From: a virus
Length of the DNA: 39,699 nucleotides
Virus genome (UHGV): UHGV-0270985
Strand: one strand, 5' to 3'
A program made the position numbers and the translations under genes. Below, one piece after another: positions 28,501 through 36,584 of the stretch. The notes below the pieces were generated by a model, which searched no databases, was not told the DNA's origin, and saw only the letters and a list, made by a program, of their open reading frames with translations. Numbering within the stretch: position 1 is the first letter of the stretch; every line of letters starts with the position of its first letter.

Positions 28501-28675
28501 TTTGTTCTTCCTCTTCGTCTTTTATTTCGTGGTATGAGTAATTGCAGTAGTTAAAGAAAATATCTTTAGCTTCATCCTGTATTTCATCTGGTGTTGCATC
28601 ATCATCCACTTCGAATTCATCCTCGAAATCTCCACCGGCTATTCCCGTTTCAATAATTATTTTGAATTTTCGCAT
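28493..28675 (-). CDS. small highly acidic protein, 60 aa
   Basis: MRKFKIIIETGIAGGDFEDEFEVDDDATPDEIQDEAKDIFFNYCNYSYHEIKDEEEEQNG; Asp/Glu are roughly a third of residues; AT-rich. Confidence 0.45.
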   Translation of the reverse strand: MRKFKIIIETGIAGGDFEDEFEVDDDATPDEIQDEAKDIFFNYCNYSYHEIKDEEEEQNG

Positions 28676-28803
28676 TTCACTACCGCCCTTTCGGACGGCC
28701 TCCTGATGTTCTGAGGGTGCAGGAATCCCTCCGGTTAAGGATTTAATAAAAATCGTTTCTGATTTAAATCTTCAGTATTTAGTTGTTAGTCGGTTTATAG
28801 CCT

Positions 28804-29115
28804 TTATGCTTCGGCCTTATTTCTCAGCCATACACAAACCGGGCCATCTTCGGTGTCATGTATTGAACCAATAAACCATCCATTGCCCTCTGGTCGTTCC
28901 GGTTCCCATGCAGAAATATCAGCATCACACGCATCAAGGTCAGCACATCCTTCATCTCTGAAGCAGAGGACGTATTGAAGATTATTTTCCTCCATCCAGG
29001 CGTTAAACTCTTCCGTTGAAATATATTCCCGACCGTCACAGAATTTTTCATATTCAGGATGCGTCCAGTAGCCATATTCATCACGTACTACTGGTATTTC
29101 TTTAATTTCATTCAT
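28804..29115 (-). CDS. hypothetical 103-aa acidic, Cys-containing protein
   Basis: ORF preceded by an AT-rich ~125-bp gap (28676-28803) that may hold an internal promoter. Confidence 0.5.
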   Translation of the reverse strand: MNEIKEIPVVRDEYGYWTHPEYEKFCDGREYISTEEFNAWMEENNLQYVLCFRDEGCADLDACDADISAWEPERPEGNGWFIGSIHDTEDGPVCVWLRNKAEA

Positions 29116-29362
29116 TTCTGTTCTCCCACGTTTTCAGACTTTCACCACAGAACGGACAAAATGAAACCCGAACTGGTAATTTAGAAAATTCACCGGAACG
29201 CAACATCACAAAATCAGGACCGCGAGTTAAACTCTCATTCCAGATTTTGTATATCAGCAGACCTTTTCGCATCGTGTATTCAGCATCACGCTCAAGGGAC
29301 TTTGCCAGTGCTGCACATGGTTCTATCTTGTTGCCATTAACCTGGCATTTTGATTCACTCAC
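29108..29362 (-). CDS. hypothetical 84-aa protein with C-terminal CPFC zinc-ribbon-like motif
   Basis: Overlaps both neighbours by 4-8 nt. Confidence 0.5.
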   Translation of the reverse strand: MSESKCQVNGNKIEPCAALAKSLERDAEYTMRKGLLIYKIWNESLTRGPDFVMLRSGEFSKLPVRVSFCPFCGESLKTWENRNE

Positions 29363-29781
29363 CGCACCACCTCCTCAAAATTCCCCTGACAAAACGCCAG
29401 TACACGCTGCATAGCTTCACTCTTCCGGCACTCGCGACAGATTATGTTTAGGCGCCTGTCGTAGCGACGTATTTCTCCGTCAGGTAATGACCAGATAAGG
29501 TCCGGATCAACCGCAGATGGTTTCTTCAGCTTTGCCCTTGAGAGCTTTTTACGGGCATTTTGCCAGTCCTTACGCGCCTGTTCAGACGGGAATAACCCGT
29601 AACCAGAGTTGTATACATCGCCACTGGCAACCAGCTCTCTGGCCAGAACGCTCATCAGATATCTTGTTGCCCCAGTTTTAGTTTCCAGTTGTCGTAACGT
29701 CTCGCGCCCACTCTGGCGTACGAGTTCAACAACCTGCCCTTTAATTTTTTCCCGCTCTTCTTGTGTAAAAACTTTTGCCAC
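29359..29781 (-). CDS. hypothetical 140-aa basic protein in the P (helicase-loader) position; no AAA+ motifs seen
   Basis: Immediately downstream of the O-like gene; no Walker A/B motifs recognisable. Confidence 0.5.
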   Translation of the reverse strand: MAKVFTQEEREKIKGQVVELVRQSGRETLRQLETKTGATRYLMSVLARELVASGDVYNSGYGLFPSEQARKDWQNARKKLSRAKLKKPSAVDPDLIWSLPDGEIRRYDRRLNIICRECRKSEAMQRVLAFCQGNFEEVVR

Positions 29782-29821
29782 AAGCCCTCCTGAAAATTAC
29801 CTCATGACCAGAAATTAACAC

Positions 29822-30784
29822 TTACCCCCTGAATCCCGGCGGTATTTCAGTGTCCGGTTCAGAAATGTGATTCACGCAACGCTGCGCAGGCGAACGCCCC
29901 AGGCGGATAACCAGTTCATCCCATTTTTCCCGGAGTTTTGCCGGACTCATGATGTTTTTTACCCAGAACGAATCCCGCTGGAGACGCCCAAACATTTCAC
30001 AAATTTGTCTGTGAGTTCTGCCATCCAGCATCCGCATTGTGCGAACGTCATTGGCCCATGCTGTCCAGTTGGGTTCTTTCGGTCTAGTGATCTCGCCATC
30101 ATCGCTGGCCGCCTGCTCGTAAAGACTCACGATTCGTCCCCAGATCCACTGTGCGCACACCAAATCTTCCTGACTTCCCCACTGGCGTTTTTTCGCACTG
30201 AACACAACCGCGTCAGGGTGTCGGGTTAAAAAATCCTGTTCAGCCGTCTGCGGGTCCGGTTGCGAAGCGTCCGGACAAGAAGATCTTTTATCTGACGGAT
30301 CAGGTTTTAATACTGACGGATCGGGGTCAATCATCGCCCCCCTAATCGGCAGTTTTTTATCAACGGTTGATCCATCAAAATTTGACGGGTCAACCGTTGA
30401 GGGGTCAATATTTGACGGGTCAACTGTTAACGGGTCATTTTTTGCCGGGCTAATTTTTCTTTTCGGTTTATATGACTCACGCGCCGCCGCCGCAGCTGCT
30501 TCGAGTTTTTCCACATTAAGCCGATAGATATTGCTTACATTACGCCCACCGACCTTACGCTCTTCCTTCGTCAGCCAGCCCTCTTTCGCCAGTTCTGCAA
30601 TAGCCGATTTCACTGTGGATTCACTTCTTGCACCGATCTGACGCCGGATAGTTTCAATGGCAGGCCATGACACGCCCTCGTCATTGCTGTAGTCTGCAAG
30701 ACGGGCCATAACCGCCACCCTGGATAAGATCATGCCGGTGAAGGCGCACCCTTCCCAGACAAGACCATGAAGCTTGCTGCTCAT
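29822..30784 (-). CDS. replication initiator, O-like, with the origin inside the gene
   Basis: Start taken at ATG 30782-30784 (MSSKLHGL) with a GGGGG ribosome-binding site. N-terminal winged-helix-like region; central peptide repeats (DPLTVDPSNIDPSTVDPSNFDGSTVD) are encoded by the DNA iterons. Confidence 0.6.
   Translation of the reverse strand: MSSKLHGLVWEGCAFTGMILSRVAVMARLADYSNDEGVSWPAIETIRRQIGARSESTVKSAIAELAKEGWLTKEERKVGGRNVSNIYRLNVEKLEAAAAAARESYKPKRKISPAKNDPLTVDPSNIDPSTVDPSNFDGSTVDKKLPIRGAMIDPDPSVLKPDPSDKRSSCPDASQPDPQTAEQDFLTRHPDAVVFSAKKRQWGSQEDLVCAQWIWGRIVSLYEQAASDDGEITRPKEPNWTAWANDVRTMRMLDGRTHRQICEMFGRLQRDSFWVKNIMSPAKLREKWDELVIRLGRSPAQRCVNHISEPDTEIPPGFRG
30320..30440. repeat. origin-of-replication iterons plus adjacent AT-rich tract
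   Basis: At least five copies of (A/G)CGGGTCAA(C/T)-like repeats in direct and inverted orientation (gggtcaatc, tcaacggttga, acgggtcaacc, ggggtcaat, acgggtcaact, acgggtca), followed by cattttttgccgggctaatttttcttttcggtttatat. Confidence 0.6.
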
Positions 30785-30806
30785 AAAACCCCCGAACACC
30801 GTGCTT

Positions 30807-31232
30807 TTAGTGCATCACCACAGCATTCCCTGCCGGGCCGCCGCGATTCATCTGGTCATACAAAACAACCGCTGACGCAACAAAATCATCGACATCCTTC
30901 ACCAGCCGATCCCTCCGTTCGACGATCTCACGGTAATATTCAGAACTGTGGCTGCGCATACGGGCCACCAGCAAAGGCGGCATCGCCTTTTCGATCGCCG
31001 GTAACAGAGCCTGCATTTTTTCAACAGCATCAGGGGTGTCTTTATCCAGCCAACGGAAAATTTTCTGGGTATTACGGGCCAGGGCTTCCGGATGGCTGTC
31101 GTCATACAGTTCCGGGAACGTCATTCCCAGCTCGAAATACGCTTTGGTAATTTTCGCAGCCGATACTTTTTCGCCGTCCGGATGCGCCCAGGCATTCATC
31201 GCCATGCGGATGTGTTCATGCTTGATTTTCAT
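30807..31232 (-). CDS. YdaT-like protein in the cII position
   Basis: 141 aa starting MKIKHEHI; start overlaps the cro-like stop (ATGA); family call from recalled Rac ydaS/ydaT synteny. Confidence 0.5.
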   Translation of the reverse strand: MKIKHEHIRMAMNAWAHPDGEKVSAAKITKAYFELGMTFPELYDDSHPEALARNTQKIFRWLDKDTPDAVEKMQALLPAIEKAMPPLLVARMRSHSSEYYREIVERRDRLVKDVDDFVASAVVLYDQMNRGGPAGNAVVMH

Positions 31233-31483
31233 GAATCAACTCCCATCAGCTTTTTCGTAGTAGTTTTATTCCTGCCAATAGTTAAAATTGCATCGGCAGA
31301 AAATAATCCGTTTGATGCAAGAGCGATTTTTTCAGCGTAATTTGTTTCGCCGGTATATTCTGTGCGAGGCAATTTTCCGTTATCCATCCATTTATAGATT
31401 GCTCTTTGGCTGACACCACAAACGTCGGCCACAACAGCAACGCGAACAGTTTTGATTACATCTTCAAGTGTTTTCTGGTTCAT
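31229..31483 (-). CDS. Cro-like HTH regulator (DicC/YdaS-like)
   Basis: Start at ATG 31481-31483 with a GAGGGTGA ribosome-binding site; 84 aa with HTH segment VADVCGVSQRAIYKWM; divergent from the repressor gene. Confidence 0.7.
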   Translation of the reverse strand: MNQKTLEDVIKTVRVAVVADVCGVSQRAIYKWMDNGKLPRTEYTGETNYAEKIALASNGLFSADAILTIGRNKTTTKKLMGVDS

Positions 31484-31499
31484 ATCACCCTCACAATGT

Positions 31500-31545
31500 G
31501 AACTTTGAGTACATGCTATAACAGAACTGACAGTACATTCAAGAG
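31500..31545. promoter_or_regulatory. right operator/promoter region between the cro-like and repressor genes
   Basis: 79-bp divergent intergenic region with two copies of AGTACAT(TC), at about 31508 and 31532. Confidence 0.5.
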
Positions 31546-31562
31546 CGAATATCATTGAACTT

Positions 31563-31982
31563 ATGGTTCATGAAGATAAAGCGCGTAAAGAGTTCGCCAG
31601 TAGGCTTGCGCTAGCCTGTGAAAACGCTGGTTATGAACAACATGGAAGGCAGGCAGAAATTGCCCGTCGAATGAAATTAACACCAAAAGCGGTTAGCAAA
31701 TGGTTTAATGGCGAAACAATTCCTCGCCGGGAGAAATTAAGGGAATTAGCAACACTAATAGGAACAACACCAACCTATCTTTTGGGAGAGGATACAGAAG
31801 AAAGTGGACAGGTACGTTTCTATCAGGAGTTAAATCCAAGACAAAAAATCATCATTGACCTTCTGGACGAGCTCCCTGACAGTGAGACAGATGAACTTTT
31901 AAAAACTCTTGAAGAGAAAAAACAGAAGTACAATGCAATTTACGAAGAGTTAGCACGAAAGAAAAAACAAAAAGCCTCTTAA
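31563..31982 (+). CDS. dicA: prophage repressor, DicA/RacR-like (XRE HTH, no S24 peptidase domain)
   Basis: 139 aa; N-terminal HTH (QAEIARRMKLTPKAVSKWFNGETIPRREKLRELATLIGTTPTYLL) and a C-terminal helical region resembling DicA (DLLDELPDSETDELLKTLEEKK); no Ala-Gly/Ser-Lys autocleavage motifs. Confidence 0.7.
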   Translation: MVHEDKARKEFASRLALACENAGYEQHGRQAEIARRMKLTPKAVSKWFNGETIPRREKLRELATLIGTTPTYLLGEDTEESGQVRFYQELNPRQKIIIDLLDELPDSETDELLKTLEEKKQKYNAIYEELARKKKQKAS

Positions 31983-32054
31983 ACCAGCATAAATCCGGTA
32001 GCGCCTTCCTCCGGGTTTGTGCTTCACTTTATCCCATCTCATTTTTTTACACAC

Positions 32055-32100
32055 AGAATGTACTAAAAGTACTTTACAACAATGAACGCAAAGTACATTA
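32055..32100. promoter_or_regulatory. left operator/promoter region (PdicB-like) downstream of the repressor gene
   Basis: Same 9-mer as the right operator: AGTACATTC occurs as its reverse complement gaatgtact (32057-32065), plus agtact and aagtacatt nearby. Confidence 0.45.
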
Positions 32101-32279
32101 TATACCTGCCACCCACCCCGCCCCACAGAATGCAGGGCAATACTTCGAGTTACCAGGCAGTGGTCAGGGGTTAAGTAGCCAGCCCGAGGCGTAAGAACAT
32201 GACGGCAGGGTTCAACTTTAATAACTATGCAGCAGGTTTTTGTTCCGCTACCCCGGCGTTAAGGGGAAATGAGGTCAGC

Positions 32280-32435
32280 ATGGATACTATCGATCTTGGC
32301 AACAGCGAATCTCTGGTATGTGGCGTGTTCCCCAACCAGGACGGCACGTTCACCGCAATGACGTATACCAAAAGCAAAACGTTTAAAACCGAAAATGGTG
32401 CCCGTCGCTGGCTGGAAAGAAACTCAGGTGAGTGA
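32280..32435 (+). CDS. ydfA: YdfA-like 51-aa protein
   Basis: Internal ATG with ribosome-binding site (aaggggaaatgaggtcagcATG); MDTIDLGNSESLVCGVFPNQDGTFTAMTYTKSKTFKTENGARRWLERNSGE; size and order match the Qin ydfA-ydfB-ydfC-dicF-dicB operon. Confidence 0.55.
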   Translation: MDTIDLGNSESLVCGVFPNQDGTFTAMTYTKSKTFKTENGARRWLERNSGE

Positions 32436-32436
32436 T

Positions 32437-32565
32437 ATGGATTTCGACACAATCATGGAAAAGGCTTACGAAGAATACTTCGAAGGCCTTGCCGAAGACG
32501 AAGAAGCTCTCAGCTTCAGTGAGTTTAAACAGGCGCTTTCCAGTTCGGCAAAATCTAACGGCTGA
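32437..32565 (+). CDS. ydfB: YdfB-like 42-aa acidic protein
   Basis: ATG 2 nt after the ydfA-like stop; MDFDTIMEKAYEEYFEGLAEDEEALSFSEFKQALSSSAKSNG. Below the ORF-track cut-off. Confidence 0.5.
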   Translation: MDFDTIMEKAYEEYFEGLAEDEEALSFSEFKQALSSSAKSNG

Positions 32566-32594
32566 TAAGCGAAACAGCACCGCGAGGAATCAGT

Positions 32595-32813
32595 ATGCAG
32601 AAACGAGAACCCGTCATCATCGCGCCAGACTATACCGATGATGAACTTTATGAGTGGATGCGCCAGAAAATTAATGCAGCGCAGGATCTGAAATGGGCTA
32701 ATGAAGCCAGGGCTAAGCAGGCTGAAAATCTGTCCTCTCTGGAGCAGGATATCACCAATCTGGAAAAAGCAGCGGCATTAACCATTGCCAGAATGATTAC
32801 ATACCCGCGTTAA
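32595..32813 (+). CDS. ydfC: YdfC-like 72-aa protein
   Basis: ORF track; size and position match ydfC. Confidence 0.55.
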   Translation: MQKREPVIIAPDYTDDELYEWMRQKINAAQDLKWANEARAKQAENLSSLEQDITNLEKAAALTIARMITYPR

Positions 32814-33154
32814 TAGCTAACCAACGAAGCTAAGGTTGGTAATTAAGGAGTTCTCCACGGGTGAGGTGGAGTGCGTGCGCCGGACACGGGTGAGCATCCG
32901 GCACTGACAGTTTACTGAAAGGATATTTCCCTGAAAAGTCAGACCATAACGCGAAAGCGCACGGCGAGGTAGCTGGTTCATAGATAGCCTGTCGTTAAAT
33001 TTTCGTCGACCGTGCGCTTCCGGTTGTGGCAATCCGCGAAATGGCGCGGCGGTAAGTATGGCGGGGTTATTCCTTCCCCCGTTGAGGACACCGGGTTGTC
33101 AGGTTGACCATACGCTTAAGTGACAACCCCGCTGCAACGCCCTCTGTTATCAAT

Positions 33155-33207
33155 TTTCTGGTGACGTTTGGCGGTATCAGTTTTACTCCGTGACTGCTCT
33201 GCCGCCC
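33155..33207 (+). ncRNA. dicF: DicF small RNA (53 nt, Hfq-dependent cell-division inhibitor)
   Basis: tttctggtgacgtttggcggtatcagttttactccgtgactgctctgccgccc followed by TTTTT; matches the DicF sequence as I recall it, including the GGCGG...CCGCC terminator stem. Confidence 0.8.
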
Positions 33208-33381
33208 TTTTTAAAGTGAATTTTGTGATGCGGTGAATGCGGCTGAGCGCACGCGGAACAGTTAAAACCAAAAACAGTGTTATGGGTGGATTCTCTGTAT
33301 CCGGCGTTAATTGTTAACTGGTTAACGTCACCTGGAGGCACCAGGCACTGCATCACAAAATTCATTGTTGAGGACGCGATA

Positions 33382-33570
33382 ATGAAAACGTTATTACCAA
33401 ACGTTAATACGTCTGAAGGTTGTTTTGAAATTGGTGTCACTATCAGTAACCCAGTATTTACTGAAGATGCCATTAACAAGAGAAAACAAGAACGGGAGCT
33501 ATTAAATAAAATATGCATTGTTTCAATGCTGGCTCGTTTACGTCTGATGCCAAAAGGATGTGCACAATGA
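33382..33570 (+). CDS. dicB: cell-division inhibitor DicB
   Basis: 62 aa from the internal ATG: MKTLLPNVNTSEGCFEIGVTISNPVFTEDAINKRKQERELLNKICIVSMLARLRLMPKGCAQ; downstream of DicF as in Qin. Confidence 0.8.
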   Translation: MKTLLPNVNTSEGCFEIGVTISNPVFTEDAINKRKQERELLNKICIVSMLARLRLMPKGCAQ

Positions 33571-33758
33571 ATTCAGCATTTGTGCTTGTTCTGACAGTTT
33601 TTCTTGTTTCCGGAGAGCCAGTTGATATTGCAGTCAGTGTTCACAGGACAATGCAGGAGTGTATGACTGCAGCAACCGAACAGAAAATTCCCGGTAACTG
33701 TTACCCGGTCGATAAAGTTATTCACCAGGATAATATCGAAATCCCGGCAGGTCTTTAA
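33567..33758 (+). CDS. ydfD: YdfD-like small membrane/lysis protein
   Basis: 63 aa from ATG overlapping the dicB stop (ATGA); N-terminal hydrophobic segment MNSAFVLVLTVFLVSG. Confidence 0.65.
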   Translation: MNSAFVLVLTVFLVSGEPVDIAVSVHRTMQECMTAATEQKIPGNCYPVDKVIHQDNIEIPAGL

Positions 33759-33850
33759 AACAGTTCCGTAATAAATATCCGGTTTCATTCTTATATGCCA
33801 GCAATGGCAGGGATTTGTTCATCCTTAAATCTGTCATGAGGTTAAAACAA

Positions 33851-36322
33851 ATGAGTAAAGTCTTTATTTGCGCCGCTATTCCTGACGAACTGGCAACAAG
33901 GGAAGAAGGCGCTGTGGCTGTAGCCACAGCCATTGAAGCTGGCGACGAACGCCGTGCTCGAGCAAAATTTCACTGGCAATTCCTGGAACATTATCCGGCT
34001 GCTCAGGACTGCGCTTATAAATTTATTGTCTGCGAGGATAAACCTGGCATACCCCGCCCTGCCCTCGATTCATGGGATGCTGAATATATGCAGGAAAACC
34101 GCTGGGATGAGGATTCTGCTTCTTTTGTCCCGGTTGAGACTGAATCCGATCTGATGAACGTCACTTTTGACAAGCTGGCCCCTGAAGTACAGAACGCTCT
34201 CATGGTTAAGTTCGACACATGTGAAAACATCACCGTTGATATGGTTATTAGCGCACAGGAATTGTTGCAGGAAGACATGGCAACATTCGACGGCCATATC
34301 GTTGAAGCGTTGATGAAAATGCCAGAAGTTAACGCCATGTATCCGGAGCTTAAGCTGCATGCCATCGGGTGGGTTAAGCATAAATGTAAGCCTGGTGCCA
34401 AATGGCCCGAAATTCAGGCAGAGATGCGCATCTGGAAAAAACGTCGCGAAGGTGAACGCAAGGAAGCCGGAAAATACACGTCTGTTGTTGATCTCGCCCG
34501 CGCCAGAGCCAATCAACAGCACACTGAAAATTCAACAGGAAAAATCAACCCGGTCATTGCTGCCATTCATCGCGAATACAAGCAGACATGGAAAACACTG
34601 GATGACGAACTGGCCTACGCTCTCTGGCCTGGTGATGTGGATGCCGGAAACATTGACGGCAGCATCCATCGCTGGGCAAAAAATGAAGTTATCGACAACG
34701 ACCGCGAAGACTGGAAGCGTATCTCGGCATCAATGCGCAAACAGCCTGATGCCCTTCGCTACGACCGCCAGACTATTTTTGGCCTTGTCCGTGAACGTCC
34801 GATCGACATTCACAAAGACCCTGTGGCACTGAACAAATACATTACTGAATACCTGACTACAAAGGGCGTGTTTGAAGATGAAGGAACAAATCAGAGCGCA
34901 ACTGATACTCTCTCGTCGCCAATACCAGAAACTGATGCAGTGGAAACGGCAATTCCGGACAACGAAAAAACCGAATGCAAAGTGGAAGTCGAACCATCTG
35001 TAGAACGTGAGGGGCCGTTCTACTTCCTCTTCACCGACAAGGATGGCGAAAAATACGGTCGCGCAAACAAACTTTCTGGTCTGGATAAGGCGCTGTCTGC
35101 TGGGGCTACTGAAATCACGAAAGAAGAATATTTCGCCCGCAAAAACGGTACATACTCAGGTTCACAACAAAATACTGGTGCATCTGACACGACCGCACAA
35201 CCAGGGTCAGTAAAAGTTACCGCTGACGAAGTAAACAAAATTATGCAGGCAGCCAATATCAGCCAGCCTGACGCCGATGAACTGCTTGCAGTATCACGTG
35301 GTGAATTTGTTGAAGGGATTAGCGACCCGAATGATCCGAAATGGGTTAAGGGGAACCAGACCCGCGATTCTGTGAACCAGAACCAGCAAGAAACGGAACA
35401 GAACGACCAGAAAGCGGAACAAAACAGCCCAAATGCGTTACAAAACGAGCCAGAAACGAAACAGCCTGAATCAGTGGCGCAACAGGAAGTGGAAAAAGTC
35501 TGCACCGCCTGCGGTCAGACCGGCGGCGGCAACTACCCTGATTGTGGCGCGGTGATGGGCGACGCAACATACCAGGAAACATTCGATGAAGAGTATCAGG
35601 TTGAAGTTCAGGAAGATGATCCGGAGGAAATGGAAGGCGCTGAACATCCACACAAGGAGAACACTGGCGGCAATCAGCATCACGATAGCGATAATGAAAC
35701 TGGCGAGACGGCAGATCACTCAATTAAGGTGAACGGTCATCAAGAAATCACATCCACCAGCAGGACGTGTGACCATCTAATGATCGACCTTGAAACCATG
35801 GGAAAAAATCCTGATGCCCCGATCATCTCAATAGGTGCAATATTTTTCGATCCGCAAACCGGAGATATGGGACCGGAATTTAGTAAGACTATCGATCTGG
35901 AAACTGCTGGCGGAGTCATTGATCGGGACACCATTAAATGGTGGCTTAAGCAATCACGCGAAGCGCAATCTGCCATTATGACCGATGAAATCCCGTTAGA
36001 TGATGCACTGTTACAATTGCGGGAATTTATCGACGAAAACTCCGGTGAATTTTTTGTTCAGGTCTGGGGAAATGGAGCCAACTTCGACAACACGATTTTG
36101 CGCCGTTCATACGAACGGCAGGGGATCCCCTGCCCGTGGCGTTACTACAACGATCGCGATGTACGCACAATCGTTGAGCTGGGGAAGGCCATAGACTTCG
36201 ATGCCAGAACGGCTATTCCATTCGAAGGTGAGCGCCATAATGCACTTGATGACGCCCGTTACCAGGCAAAATACGTTTCAGCTATCTGGCAAAAACTGAT
36301 CCCGAGTCAGGCTGATTTTTAA
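33851..36322 (+). CDS. large exonuclease-domain protein (often annotated exodeoxyribonuclease VIII); C-terminal DnaQ-like DEDDh 3'-5' exonuclease fold
   Basis: ATG at 33851 (MSKVFICAA) with a GAGG ribosome-binding site. Acidic Gln/Glu/Asn-rich linker (residues ~560-650). C-terminal motifs Exo I MIDLETMG, Exo II WGNGANFDNTIL, Exo III HNALDDARYQAKY. Confidence 0.75.
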   Translation: MSKVFICAAIPDELATREEGAVAVATAIEAGDERRARAKFHWQFLEHYPAAQDCAYKFIVCEDKPGIPRPALDSWDAEYMQENRWDEDSASFVPVETESDLMNVTFDKLAPEVQNALMVKFDTCENITVDMVISAQELLQEDMATFDGHIVEALMKMPEVNAMYPELKLHAIGWVKHKCKPGAKWPEIQAEMRIWKKRREGERKEAGKYTSVVDLARARANQQHTENSTGKINPVIAAIHREYKQTWKTLDDELAYALWPGDVDAGNIDGSIHRWAKNEVIDNDREDWKRISASMRKQPDALRYDRQTIFGLVRERPIDIHKDPVALNKYITEYLTTKGVFEDEGTNQSATDTLSSPIPETDAVETAIPDNEKTECKVEVEPSVEREGPFYFLFTDKDGEKYGRANKLSGLDKALSAGATEITKEEYFARKNGTYSGSQQNTGASDTTAQPGSVKVTADEVNKIMQAANISQPDADELLAVSRGEFVEGISDPNDPKWVKGNQTRDSVNQNQQETEQNDQKAEQNSPNALQNEPETKQPESVAQQEVEKVCTACGQTGGGNYPDCGAVMGDATYQETFDEEYQVEVQEDDPEEMEGAEHPHKENTGGNQHHDSDNETGETADHSIKVNGHQEITSTSRTCDHLMIDLETMGKNPDAPIISIGAIFFDPQTGDMGPEFSKTIDLETAGGVIDRDTIKWWLKQSREAQSAIMTDEIPLDDALLQLREFIDENSGEFFVQVWGNGANFDNTILRRSYERQGIPCPWRYYNDRDVRTIVELGKAIDFDARTAIPFEGERHNALDDARYQAKYVSAIWQKLIPSQADF

Positions 36323-36380
36323 TGTTCAACCCTAATTGCCGCTAACCGTATATAGTTAGCGGCGGTTATGAGATATAGCT

Positions 36381-36584
36381 ATGAGTAGCTTATTTTTAAC
36401 CGAAGATGAATTGCTAATATTAACGGGCTGCAAATATGCAAGCCACCAGCGAAAATGGTTAACGGAAAACGGGCTTCCGTTCTATACCAATCGTAGTGGC
36501 AAACCGATTGTCAGCCGGGATCTATTTACCTGCAATAAAACTTTACCACCACGCGAGGTAGAGCCGAATTTTGGTGCAATCTGA
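36381..36584 (+). CDS. xis: excisionase-like protein
   Basis: 67-aa ORF immediately upstream of int; its stop overlaps the int start codon. Confidence 0.6.
   Translation: MSSLFLTEDELLILTGCKYASHQRKWLTENGLPFYTNRSGKPIVSRDLFTCNKTLPPREVEPNFGAI

Noticed and set aside
33183-33518. Minus-strand ORF (111 aa) overlapping DicF and dicB
   Set aside because: Antisense to a recognised sRNA and a well-supported small gene; no start context.
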